Assembly (NCBI GenBank): GCA_902776975.1
Contig: CACYSI010000001.1
Span: 26,661 to 90,660, forward strand
DNA length: 64,000 bases
Source of the DNA: an uncultured Ruminococcus sp.
GTDB lineage: Bacteria > Bacillota > Clostridia > Oscillospirales > Acutalibacteraceae
Direction: 5' to 3'
The position numbers and the translations under genes are program-made. The stretch's first letter is position 1. Each line of letters starts with the position of its first letter. Positions 17,477-25,318 of the stretch are shown piece after piece. The notes beneath the pieces were generated by a model that was not told the origin of the DNA, did no database searches, and was given only the letters and a program-made list of their open reading frames with translations.

Positions 17477-17637
17477 GCCCCCTCTGACGAGGGTGATCTC
17501 CCCATTGGGGAGGTGTCTGCAAAGCAGACAGAGGGGAGCCGTCTCCGGCTGAGGAAAAGGTGGCTCGGCTCTGCCGAGTCGGATGAGGTGTCAACCTTTC
17601 TATCATATCAATAACTCAGTAAGGCTGTCACATAACC
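17477..17637. repeat. Multi-hairpin mosaic repeat (~160 bp), homologous to 21033..21199
   Basis: 17477-17540 is the exact reverse complement of 2873-2936. gtctccggctgaggaaaaggtgg, ggatgaggtgtcaacct and ctcagtaaggctgtcacataacc are shared with the 21-kb copy. Confidence 0.85.
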
Positions 17638-17914
17638 ATTGCTCCCGCAGCATTCAATACTTCATCTCCCGATAAACATATTATCAATCGGGTGCGGGAA
17701 TCGTTCGCCGTAAACTCCTCACTCCTAACACCTAACTAACAAAAGCCGCCTCCTCCGGGCTATAAATAAACTTAATAGTATACAGAAAAGCTGTCTTGAA
17801 CTTCAAGGCAGCTTTTCTAATATTATCGTTTTGTTTTATTTGAATATTAGATTATGTTCTTTTTGCGGTTCTGTTATCGAATTACCTGTTCGATTCCTTT
17901 GAAGATCACTCGTA

Positions 17915-19003
17915 TTATTGACCGCTATGCTCAGACAGGAACTCGCCGAGCAACATCCATGCCATATTTCCCGGATCGCTTCCGTTGCTGTCGCAGAAAA
18001 AGTAATATCCCTGTTCGGAGTTGAAGTATTCTTCAGAGGAATAGTCAGAAATAGCGCCCGGATGCCCCACGCCTCCTGAAAACATCTGCGTCAGCCCGTA
18101 GCCGTATTTTTCACCGTAATCTGGTGAATGATCCGTTGTCATCTCACGTAATGTATCCGCGCTGACAATCTTGCCGCCGGATAAGCCCTCCATCCACTTG
18201 ACCATATCGGGAGCGTTGGAGACGATATCTCCCGCGCCCTTTGCAACGCCCTTGATCTTTACCTCTTCTACGTCGTCGTCAGCTATCAGGTTTTCTGCCC
18301 ACGCGGGAGACTTCGGAATATCGGTGATCAAGCCGGTATGCTTCATATCAAGCGGATCGAAGATATGCTCGCGTAAGAAGTCGTTATAATACATGCCGGA
18401 GACCTGTTCTACAATGTCCGCAAGCAGGATATAGTTCGAGTTTGAATAACGAAACGCGCTGCCGGGCTCAAACAACAGCGATTCATCAAAGATCCACTTT
18501 TTGATCAAAGCTGTATTCTCTTTCTCCGTATTCCCGTAGGGCAGTGTATTCGCAAAGCCTTCACCCACCGTATCGCGAATACCCGAACGCATCGTCAGCA
18601 GGTGTTTGATCGTAATATCTTTGCCTTTGCTGTACTCGGGAAAGTATTTGCCGATCGTATCGTCAACGCTGAGCTTGCCTTGATCGCGCAGGATCATTAC
18701 AGCGGCGGCGCAGAACTGCTTTGAGACAGAACCGATATACATAGATGTGTCGATCGTCAAAGGCGTTCCGTCGGCATCCGTCCCGGTCGCCCTTTGATAT
18801 ACGACATCACCGTTATGCGTGAGATAGATGACGCCGTCATATTTGATGTCTTTGAGCTTACTGTTGATGGTTGCAGACAGCTCAGCGTCTGTATTTACGG
18901 CGGCGGTTGTTTCTCTCGTTTGCTCTGTTTTAGGTGTAGTCGAGCAGGAAGTCACAAATAGTAAAACTGCCAGCATTAATACCAAAGCGACTGCTTGTTT
19001 CAT
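17915..19003 (-). CDS. Serine hydrolase, class C beta-lactamase/PBP family lipoprotein
   Basis: Lipobox LFVTSCS. SVSKQF (SxxK) and YSNSNY (YxN) motifs. Confidence 0.8.
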   Translation of the reverse strand: MKQAVALVLMLAVLLFVTSCSTTPKTEQTRETTAAVNTDAELSATINSKLKDIKYDGVIYLTHNGDVVYQRATGTDADGTPLTIDTSMYIGSVSKQFCAAAVMILRDQGKLSVDDTIGKYFPEYSKGKDITIKHLLTMRSGIRDTVGEGFANTLPYGNTEKENTALIKKWIFDESLLFEPGSAFRYSNSNYILLADIVEQVSGMYYNDFLREHIFDPLDMKHTGLITDIPKSPAWAENLIADDDVEEVKIKGVAKGAGDIVSNAPDMVKWMEGLSGGKIVSADTLREMTTDHSPDYGEKYGYGLTQMFSGGVGHPGAISDYSSEEYFNSEQGYYFFCDSNGSDPGNMAWMLLGEFLSEHSGQ

Positions 19004-19215
19004 GTCGTTCTCCTTTAGGTGTTCGCTTCAAAGGATCATTGACGGTTATTGTTCCGGTGAATAATCCGACCATTTTCCGGCAGGATATCTCAGCTTTGAT
19101 TTCATGTTTCCGGGGTCGGCTGTCGGTTCGATCGACAGATCGATCTTGTAGAGGTTCCGGATCAGGTCGTTGTTATACTGAATATCGGTCGTCTTAATCA
19201 GTGGCTGCATACATC

Positions 19216-21000
19216 TTATTCTTCTGTTTTCTTGATCTGTATACCCAGCACGTCGAGCAACTCCTCGTCCACCGTCGAGGGGCAGTTGCTCATCAGCTCG
19301 GAGGCGTTCTGCACCTTCGGGAAGGCTGTCACATCTCTCAAGCTGTCCGCGCCGCACATCAGCATGGCGATACGGTCGAGACCTATGCCCATACCGCCGT
19401 GAGGCGGAGCGCCGTACTTGTACGCTTCTACGAGGAAGCCGAACTTAGCCTCTATCTCCTCGTCGGTCATCTTCAGAGCGCGGAACATATGCTGCTGCAG
19501 CTCATAGTCGGTGATACGGATCGAGCCGGAGCTCAGCTCGGTGCCGTTGAGGGTCAGGTCATACGCCTTAGCGATCACCTTGCCGGGATCGCTCTCGAGG
19601 TACTGCAGGCACTCTTCCTTAGGCATGGTGAAGGGGTGGTGCATAGCTACCCACTCGCCGCTCTCCTCATCCTTCTCAAAGAACGGGAAGTCCACGATCC
19701 ACACGAACTTGTACACATCCTTGGGGATGAGGTCGAGCTGTCTGCCGACCTCCAGACGCAGAGCGCCGAGAGTAGGCAGGACTACCGAGTTCTTGTCGGC
19801 GACTATCAGCACCACGTCGCCTTTTTCGGCGCAGAGAGCGCCTATGATACGGTCGAGGTCGCCCTCGCCGAGGAACTTGTTGAACGAGCAGTTTGGTGTA
19901 TCGTCAGCCCAGCGGATATACGCGAGACCCTTCGCTCCGATGCCCTTAGCGTACTCAGTCAGCTTGTCTATCTTCTTGCGTGTCAGAGCCGCGGCGGCGC
20001 CCTTGGCTACTATCGCCCTTACCGAGCCGCCGTTCTCGACAGCGCTTTTGAATACGACAAAGTCGATATCCTTCACAGTGTCCGTGAGATCCTGTATAGG
20101 CATGCCGAAGCGCACGTCGGGCTTATCCGAGCCGTAGGTGTTCATTGCGTCGGTATAGGTCATGCGCTCAAAGGGTATGTCGAGCTCTATGCCCTTTATC
20201 TCCTTAAAGAGCCTGTACATCAGACCCTCGTTGATCTCCATGATCTCGTCAACGTCAACAAAGCTCAGCTCCATGTCTATCTGGGTGAACTCAGGCTGAC
20301 GGTCAGCTCTCAGGTCCTCATCGCGGAAACAGCGCGCGAGCTGGATATATCTGTCAAAGCCCGACAGCATCAACAGCTGCTTGTATATCTGCGGCGACTG
20401 AGGCAAAGCGTAAAACTTGCCGTTATGTATACGCGAGGGCACGAGGTAGTCTCTCGCTCCCTCGGGAGTGGATTTTATCATCATCGGGGTCTCTATCTCG
20501 ATGAAGCCGTTTTCATAGAAGTAATCGCGCGCGATCTTGGCGATCTTCGAGCGCGTGATGATATTCTGCTGCAGCGGCGTACGTCTGAGGTCGAGGTAGC
20601 GGTATTTCAGGCGGATATCCTCGGCAGTCTTGCTGTCGTCCACTATCTCAAAGGGCGGAGTCTGCGCCTTACTGAGCACTCTCAGGTCGCTGACCTCTAT
20701 CTCGATATCTCCCGTAGGAATCTTGCTGCTCTTGGCTGAGCGCTCGCGCACCCTGCCCTTGGCGCACAGCACAAACTCAGATCTCGCCGCGAACGCCTTA
20801 TCGAAGATCTCTCTGTCGGTGTTGTCGTCAAAGGCGAGCTGTACGATGCCCGTACGGTCACGCAGGTCGATGAAGATGAGCTGACCGAGGTCGCGCTGAC
20901 GCTGTACCCAGCCGCACACCACAACTTCTTTGTCGATATCCGAGGCTCTCAGCTCACCGCAGTAATGCGTGCGCTTGAGCCCTGTCATAAATTCTGCCAT
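19216..21000 (-). CDS. aspS: Aspartate--tRNA ligase
   Basis: Class IIb aaRS: N-terminal OB fold (GWVQRQRDLGQLIFIDLRDRTG), motifs FRDEDLRADRQPEFTQID and GGMGIGLDR. The MAEF start at 21000 has an AAGGAAGG RBS. The longer ORF in the track reads into a repeat element. Confidence 0.93.
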   Translation of the reverse strand: MAEFMTGLKRTHYCGELRASDIDKEVVVCGWVQRQRDLGQLIFIDLRDRTGIVQLAFDDNTDREIFDKAFAARSEFVLCAKGRVRERSAKSSKIPTGDIEIEVSDLRVLSKAQTPPFEIVDDSKTAEDIRLKYRYLDLRRTPLQQNIITRSKIAKIARDYFYENGFIEIETPMMIKSTPEGARDYLVPSRIHNGKFYALPQSPQIYKQLLMLSGFDRYIQLARCFRDEDLRADRQPEFTQIDMELSFVDVDEIMEINEGLMYRLFKEIKGIELDIPFERMTYTDAMNTYGSDKPDVRFGMPIQDLTDTVKDIDFVVFKSAVENGGSVRAIVAKGAAAALTRKKIDKLTEYAKGIGAKGLAYIRWADDTPNCSFNKFLGEGDLDRIIGALCAEKGDVVLIVADKNSVVLPTLGALRLEVGRQLDLIPKDVYKFVWIVDFPFFEKDEESGEWVAMHHPFTMPKEECLQYLESDPGKVIAKAYDLTLNGTELSSGSIRITDYELQQHMFRALKMTDEEIEAKFGFLVEAYKYGAPPHGGMGIGLDRIAMLMCGADSLRDVTAFPKVQNASELMSNCPSTVDEELLDVLGIQIKKTEE

Positions 21001-21032
21001 AATATATCCTTCCTTTTGTTTTTTTAGCCTTT

Positions 21033-21237
21033 CCCTCGGGGTGATCTCCCCTAAGGGGAGGTGTCGCCGAAGGTGACAGAGGGGAGCCGTCTCCGGCTGA
21101 GGAAAAGGTGGGCAATTTGCCGACCAAGGCAAATTGGTCGGATGAGGGGTCGACCTCTTAATTATATCCCAGTCTCAGTGAGGCTGTCACATCAACCGCA
21201 AATTCTACTTATTGTAGGGGCGGGTCTTGACCCGCCC
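21033..21237. repeat. Multi-hairpin mosaic repeat between aspS and hisS, ending in attgtaggggcgggtcttgacccgccc
   Basis: Shares module order with 17477..17637, but several stems are replaced by different self-complementary sequences. Confidence 0.85.
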
Positions 21238-21273
21238 GCAAGGCTCGCAATCCGCATGGTAGCGACACAGCCT

Positions 21274-22578
21274 CTACTTCCCTGCCGCCGCCTTATAGTC
21301 GCGGTCGAGCTTAGCCGCGGTGAATTCCCGTGTAAAGCTCTCGGTGTCGAGCGGTATATCGCTCTGCTCGCCGTTCTCCATATTCTTGAGCCTTCCGATG
21401 CCGCCCGCCAGCTCATCGTCGCCGAGCACCATCGAGAACCTCGCCCCGAGCTTGTCGGCATACTTCATCTGAGCTCTCAGACCTCTCCCCACAACGTCAA
21501 ACTCGGCGTACATGCCCGCCTTACGCAGAGCGTTGCACAGCTGAGCCGCCTTTTTGTGAGCCGCGTCGCCCATCGACGCTATATAGATGTCACAGGGAGC
21601 GGGAGCGGGTATCTCTATGCCCTGAGCGTCGAGGGTCAGCAGCAGTCTTTCGATACCTGCCGCAAAGCCAAGCGCCGGCATAGCGTTGCCGCCCAGGTCC
21701 TCTATCAGTCCGTCATATCTGCCGCCGCCGCAGATCGTGCTCTGCGCGCCGATATCGCCGGATATGAATTCAAATACCGTCTTTGTATAATAGTCAAGAC
21801 CGCGTACAATAGTCGGATTGACCGTATATTCTACGCCGCCGGCGTCAAGATACGCCTTAACGCCGTCAAAGTGCTCTCTGCACTCGTCGCACAGGTAGTC
21901 GAGCACCGTCGGAGCGCCCTTCGCGATCTCGTGATCGTGCGGCACCTTGCAGTCGAGCAGGCGCATCGGGTTGCGCCCGAGCCTGTCCTTGCAGTCGTCG
22001 CACAGCTCGTCCTTGTAGCCGCCGAAGTATTCGGTCAGCGCCTTGTGGTACTCCGCCCTGCACTTGGGGCAGCCTATAGAGTTGATCTCAAGTCTGATGT
22101 TCTTCAGTCCTAAGCGGTCAAAGATATTAGCCGCCGCGGTTATCAGCTCGGCGTCAGCCGCGGGATCCTTTGTGCCGTAGCACTCCATACCGAACTGGTG
22201 GAACTCTCTGAGTCTGCCCGCCTGAGGCTTCTCATAGCGGTAGCAGGAGGTCAGGTAGTACGCCTTGATCGGCAGAGGATCGTTGTGCAGACCGTGCTCG
22301 AGAAAAGCCCTCGCCGCGCCCGCGGTGCCCTCGGGACGGAGCGTTATGCTGTCGCCGCCCTTGGTGATGAAGGTGTACATCTCCTTCTGCACTACGTCGG
22401 TGGTGTCGCCTACTCCGCGCTCAAAGAGATTGGTGTGCTCAAAGACAGGCGTGCGCATCTCCTTATAGCCGAAGGCTCTCGCCTCATCGCGGAAGATGTC
22501 CTCGAGGAACTGCCAGCGATAGCTGTCGCGCGGCAGCACATCCTCGGTGCCCTTGGGCTTCTTGGTTATCAGTGCCAT
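21274..22578 (-). CDS. hisS: Histidine--tRNA ligase
   Basis: MALITKKPKGTEDVLP..., class II motifs (YRYEKPQAGRLREFHQFG, GGGRYDGL). The start at 22578 is chosen because the longer ORF reads through the heptad array. Confidence 0.93.
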   Translation of the reverse strand: MALITKKPKGTEDVLPRDSYRWQFLEDIFRDEARAFGYKEMRTPVFEHTNLFERGVGDTTDVVQKEMYTFITKGGDSITLRPEGTAGAARAFLEHGLHNDPLPIKAYYLTSCYRYEKPQAGRLREFHQFGMECYGTKDPAADAELITAAANIFDRLGLKNIRLEINSIGCPKCRAEYHKALTEYFGGYKDELCDDCKDRLGRNPMRLLDCKVPHDHEIAKGAPTVLDYLCDECREHFDGVKAYLDAGGVEYTVNPTIVRGLDYYTKTVFEFISGDIGAQSTICGGGRYDGLIEDLGGNAMPALGFAAGIERLLLTLDAQGIEIPAPAPCDIYIASMGDAAHKKAAQLCNALRKAGMYAEFDVVGRGLRAQMKYADKLGARFSMVLGDDELAGGIGRLKNMENGEQSDIPLDTESFTREFTAAKLDRDYKAAAGK

Positions 22579-22593
22579 ATATATCAAAACCTT

Positions 22594-22649
22594 TCGTTGG
22601 TAGTTGGTGGTTATTAGTCGGTGGTTGGTGGTTGGTAGTTGGTAGTTGA
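22594..22649. repeat. Eight tandem heptads (CCAACYA on the transcribed minus strand) in the hisS 5' leader
   Basis: Plus strand reads tcgttgg tagttgg tggttat tagtcgg tggttgg tggttgg tagttgg tagttga. Confidence 0.85.
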
Positions 22650-22688
22650 ATTTCAAAAAACAGCATAACGCCGAATTTCGCTTTATAG

Positions 22689-22717
22689 AGTATATCACAA
22701 ATTTCCGCCTCTATCAA
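22689..22717 (-). promoter_or_regulatory. Putative sigmaA promoter of hisS-aspS
   Basis: Minus strand: ttgata (22717-22712), 17-nt spacer, tatact (22694-22689). Confidence 0.55.
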
Positions 22718-22765
22718 TAGCTGAACGCCGTTTTATACTATCAATTTGATCTTTAAGCAATCGTT

Positions 22766-22841
22766 ATTTTGCGAATGATTCGCAAATCTGTTGACATCAT
22801 CCCTACCTTATGCTATACTGATTTGCGAATGATTCGCAAAT
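22766..22841 (+). promoter_or_regulatory. zur-znu promoter flanked by two identical palindromic operator boxes (putative Zur boxes)
   Basis: atttTGCGAATgATTCGCAaat at 22766-22787 and 22821-22841. ttgaca at 22791-22796, 17-nt spacer, tatact at 22814-22819. Confidence 0.75.
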
Positions 22842-22911
22842 CATATCTGTTTGTCATTACGAAGCTGAGCAGGAGTCTTAGCGATCTCAACCGATAAAAG
22901 AGGTAGTATCT

Positions 22912-23310
22912 ATGCCCAAATACCTTACAAAACAGCGAAAAATACTTTTAGAATACCTCTCCCGCCATACAGACGAGAGCATCTCCGCGGGCGAGATAGC
23001 CGAGGCGCTGAGCGATAAGATCAGCGTCAGCGCGGTATACCGCAACCTCGCCGATATGGAGGCTGAGGGCAGGCTGCGCAGGGTCGCCTCGGGCGGCTCC
23101 CGCGAGGCTGTATACCAATATATAGACGAGCATGAGTGCCGCAGCTGTCTGCATCTGAGCTGCAAAAAATGCGGCAAGACCGTGCATATGCAGCAGCAAA
23201 CAGCCGACGCGCTGATCAGCAGCGTCGAGGCTGACAGCCACTTCCTGATAGACAAGGGCGAGACCGTTATCTACGGCGTCTGCTCAGACTGCAAAAGGAG
23301 GCAGCTATGA
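22912..23310 (+). CDS. zur: Fur-family metalloregulator, probable zinc uptake regulator
   Basis: Winged-helix N-terminus (ISAGEIAEAL...SVSAVYRNL). CxxC...CxxC metal sites (CRSC, CKKC, CSDC). First gene of the zinc ABC operon, overlapping znuA by 4 nt. Confidence 0.75.
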   Translation: MPKYLTKQRKILLEYLSRHTDESISAGEIAEALSDKISVSAVYRNLADMEAEGRLRRVASGGSREAVYQYIDEHECRSCLHLSCKKCGKTVHMQQQTADALISSVEADSHFLIDKGETVIYGVCSDCKRRQL

Positions 23311-24308
23311 AAAAGATAACAGCTGTATTGCTCAGCATTTTACTGATGATATCCGCCCTCGCCGGCTGCGGCGGAGCGCAAAACAACCATGCCGACATCA
23401 AGGTCGTCACCACCGTCTTCCCCATCTATGACTGGGTACGCGAGATCGTAAAGGACGACGTGGATATCAAGCTCGATATGCTGCTCGACAACGGCGCCGA
23501 TCTGCACAGCTACCAGCCCTCGGCGACCGATATCATGGATATATCCGACTGCGACGTCTTCATCTATGTAGGCGGCGAGTCCGACAAATGGGTGTCCGAC
23601 GTCATCGCTCAGGCAAAGAACAAGGATATGGTAGTCCTCGACCTCTTGGATATCCTCGGCGATAAAGCTAAGGAAGAAGAAGTCAAAGAAGGTATGCAGG
23701 AAGACGAGCATGAGCATGAAGATGAAAAAGAAGAGCATAAAGAAAGTAAGGAAGAGCACGAAGAAGAGCACGAGTATGACGAGCATGTCTGGCTCTCGTT
23801 AAAGAACGCCTCATTATTTGTCACCGAGATCGCCGACGCCCTCGGCAAAAAAGACGCTCAGCACGCCGACGCTTTCAAAACTAACGCCGCCGCGTACACA
23901 GATAAGCTCGCCGAGCTCGATAAGCAGTACAAGAGCGCCGCTGACAGCGCAAAGACCAAGACACTGCTCTTCGGCGACCGTTTCCCCTTCCGCTATCTTA
24001 CAGATGACTACAAGCTCGACTACTACGCCGCCTTCTCGGGCTGTTCGGCAGAGACCGAGGCGAGCTTTGAGACCATAGTTTTTCTCGCCGATAAGGTCGA
24101 TGAGCTGGGGCTGAAAGCTATCATGCAGATAGAGAGCTCCGACGGCTCCATAGCCAAGACGATCAGGGACAACACCAAGTCCAAGGATCAGGAGATACTG
24201 ACCCTCGACTCAATGCAGAGCGTAACGCAGAAGCAGGTGAACGACGGCGAGACCTACCTCAACATCATGCAGAACAACCTCGAAGTCCTCAAAAAAGCGT
24301 TAGAATAA
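23307..24308 (+). CDS. znuA: Zinc ABC transporter substrate-binding lipoprotein with His/Glu-rich loop
   Basis: Lipobox LAGCGG. Cluster A-I SBP pattern. Acidic/His loop EDEHEHEDEKEEHKESKEEHEEEHEYDEH. Confidence 0.85.
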   Translation: MKKITAVLLSILLMISALAGCGGAQNNHADIKVVTTVFPIYDWVREIVKDDVDIKLDMLLDNGADLHSYQPSATDIMDISDCDVFIYVGGESDKWVSDVIAQAKNKDMVVLDLLDILGDKAKEEEVKEGMQEDEHEHEDEKEEHKESKEEHEEEHEYDEHVWLSLKNASLFVTEIADALGKKDAQHADAFKTNAAAYTDKLAELDKQYKSAADSAKTKTLLFGDRFPFRYLTDDYKLDYYAAFSGCSAETEASFETIVFLADKVDELGLKAIMQIESSDGSIAKTIRDNTKSKDQEILTLDSMQSVTQKQVNDGETYLNIMQNNLEVLKKALE

Positions 24309-24309
24309 T

Positions 24310-24600
24310 CGGCTCCCTTTCCTAAGGGAGCTGTCACCGAACGGTGACTGAGGGTTCCGTCCCGCAGAGACATTCGCATGACACGCGTGTCTAACCCTCA
24401 ATAAGTACCTCTCCTTCCGATTCCTTGCTCCGCGAAACACATCAACCTCTTGTAGGGGAGGGTCTTGACCCTCCCGCGTCCCGCAGGGACATTCGCGAAG
24501 CGACAAGCCTCCCTTTCCTAAGGGAGGTGCCCCGAAGGGGCGGAGGGTTCTGTCCCGCGACCGATAAACCACCTCCGTAACCCATACAACACAGACCTTT
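24310..24600. repeat. Mosaic repeat block inserted between znuA and znuC
   Basis: Internal direct repeat ctccctttcctaagggag-hairpin-gagggttcYgtcccgc (two copies), gacacgcgtgtc (24380-24391), cttgtaggggagggtcttgaccctccc (24449-24475), gtcccgcagRgacattcgc (two copies). Confidence 0.85.
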
Positions 24601-24623
24601 GACACAGAAAGGACAATACCTAA

Positions 24624-25313
24624 ATGTCTCAGATAAAATGCAAAAATCTGACCCTCGGCTACGGCTCTCAGGAGATACTCTCGGGGCTGAGCTTTGAGGT
24701 AAACCGCGGCGACTACCTGTGCATAGTCGGCTCCAACGGCTCGGGCAAGACCACTCTGATGAAGACCGTCCTCGGGCTTACCAAACCTCTCGGCGGCAGC
24801 ATAGAGTTCTCCGACGGACTCAGCGCCAGCGGCATCGGATATCTGCCCCAGCAGACCGACGTCCAGCGCGATTTCCCCGCGTCCGTATATGAGATAGTCA
24901 TCTCGGGCTGTCTCGGCAGAGGCGGCTTTCACCCCTTTTACACTAAGGCGGATAAGGCTCTCGCCGCTCAGGCTATGGAGCGCATGGATATAAAGGGGCT
25001 CAAAAACAGCTGTTACCGCGAGCTTTCGGGAGGTCAGCAGCAGCGAGTCCTGCTCGCCCGCGCTCTCTGCGCGACCCGCGATATACTCCTGCTCGACGAG
25101 CCTGTAGCGGGTCTCGATCCTAAGGTCACCGCCGATATGTACGCTCTCATCGACAGCCTCAACAAGAACGACGGCGTTACCGTCATAATGATATCTCACG
25201 ACGTGGACAAGGCGCTTAGATACGCCTCGCACATACTCCATATAGGCACGGATATCTTCTTCGGCACACGCGCCGAGTACGAAGTGTTCAAAGCCAACAG
25301 AAATGGGGGGTAA
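24624..25313 (+). CDS. znuC: Zinc ABC transporter ATP-binding protein
   Basis: Walker A GSNGSGKTT, signature LSGGQQQR, Walker B LLLLDEP. Confidence 0.88.
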   Translation: MSQIKCKNLTLGYGSQEILSGLSFEVNRGDYLCIVGSNGSGKTTLMKTVLGLTKPLGGSIEFSDGLSASGIGYLPQQTDVQRDFPASVYEIVISGCLGRGGFHPFYTKADKALAAQAMERMDIKGLKNSCYRELSGGQQQRVLLARALCATRDILLLDEPVAGLDPKVTADMYALIDSLNKNDGVTVIMISHDVDKALRYASHILHIGTDIFFGTRAEYEVFKANRNGG

Positions 25314-25318
25314 AAGTA

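Noticed and set aside
21001-21132. N-terminal extensions of aspS (to 21132), hisS (to 22698), the 12S carboxyltransferase (to 35253), KAS III (to 46545), BCCP (to 33321) and GNAT (to 60163) given in the ORF track
   Set aside because: The extensions read through repeat elements or the upstream gene. Internal ATGs with good RBSs give proteins starting at the conserved N-termini and remove the gene overlaps.
19201-22113. Long plus-strand ORFs 19201..20739 (512 aa) and 21061..22113 (350 aa)
   Set aside because: They are antisense to aspS and hisS, both of which have unambiguous class II aaRS motifs. The 21061 ORF begins inside a repeat element. These are typical stop-poor antisense frames.
22579-22760. 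T-box riboswitch upstream of hisS-aspS
   Set aside because: I could not find the conserved T-box sequence, a specifier loop or a terminator/antiterminator pair by eye. The leader is short and dominated by the heptad array. A covariance-model scan would be decisive.
24300-25241. 313-aa minus-strand ORF across znuC and the repeat block
   Set aside because: It is antisense to znuC (clear ABC ATPase motifs) and runs through non-coding hairpin repeats.
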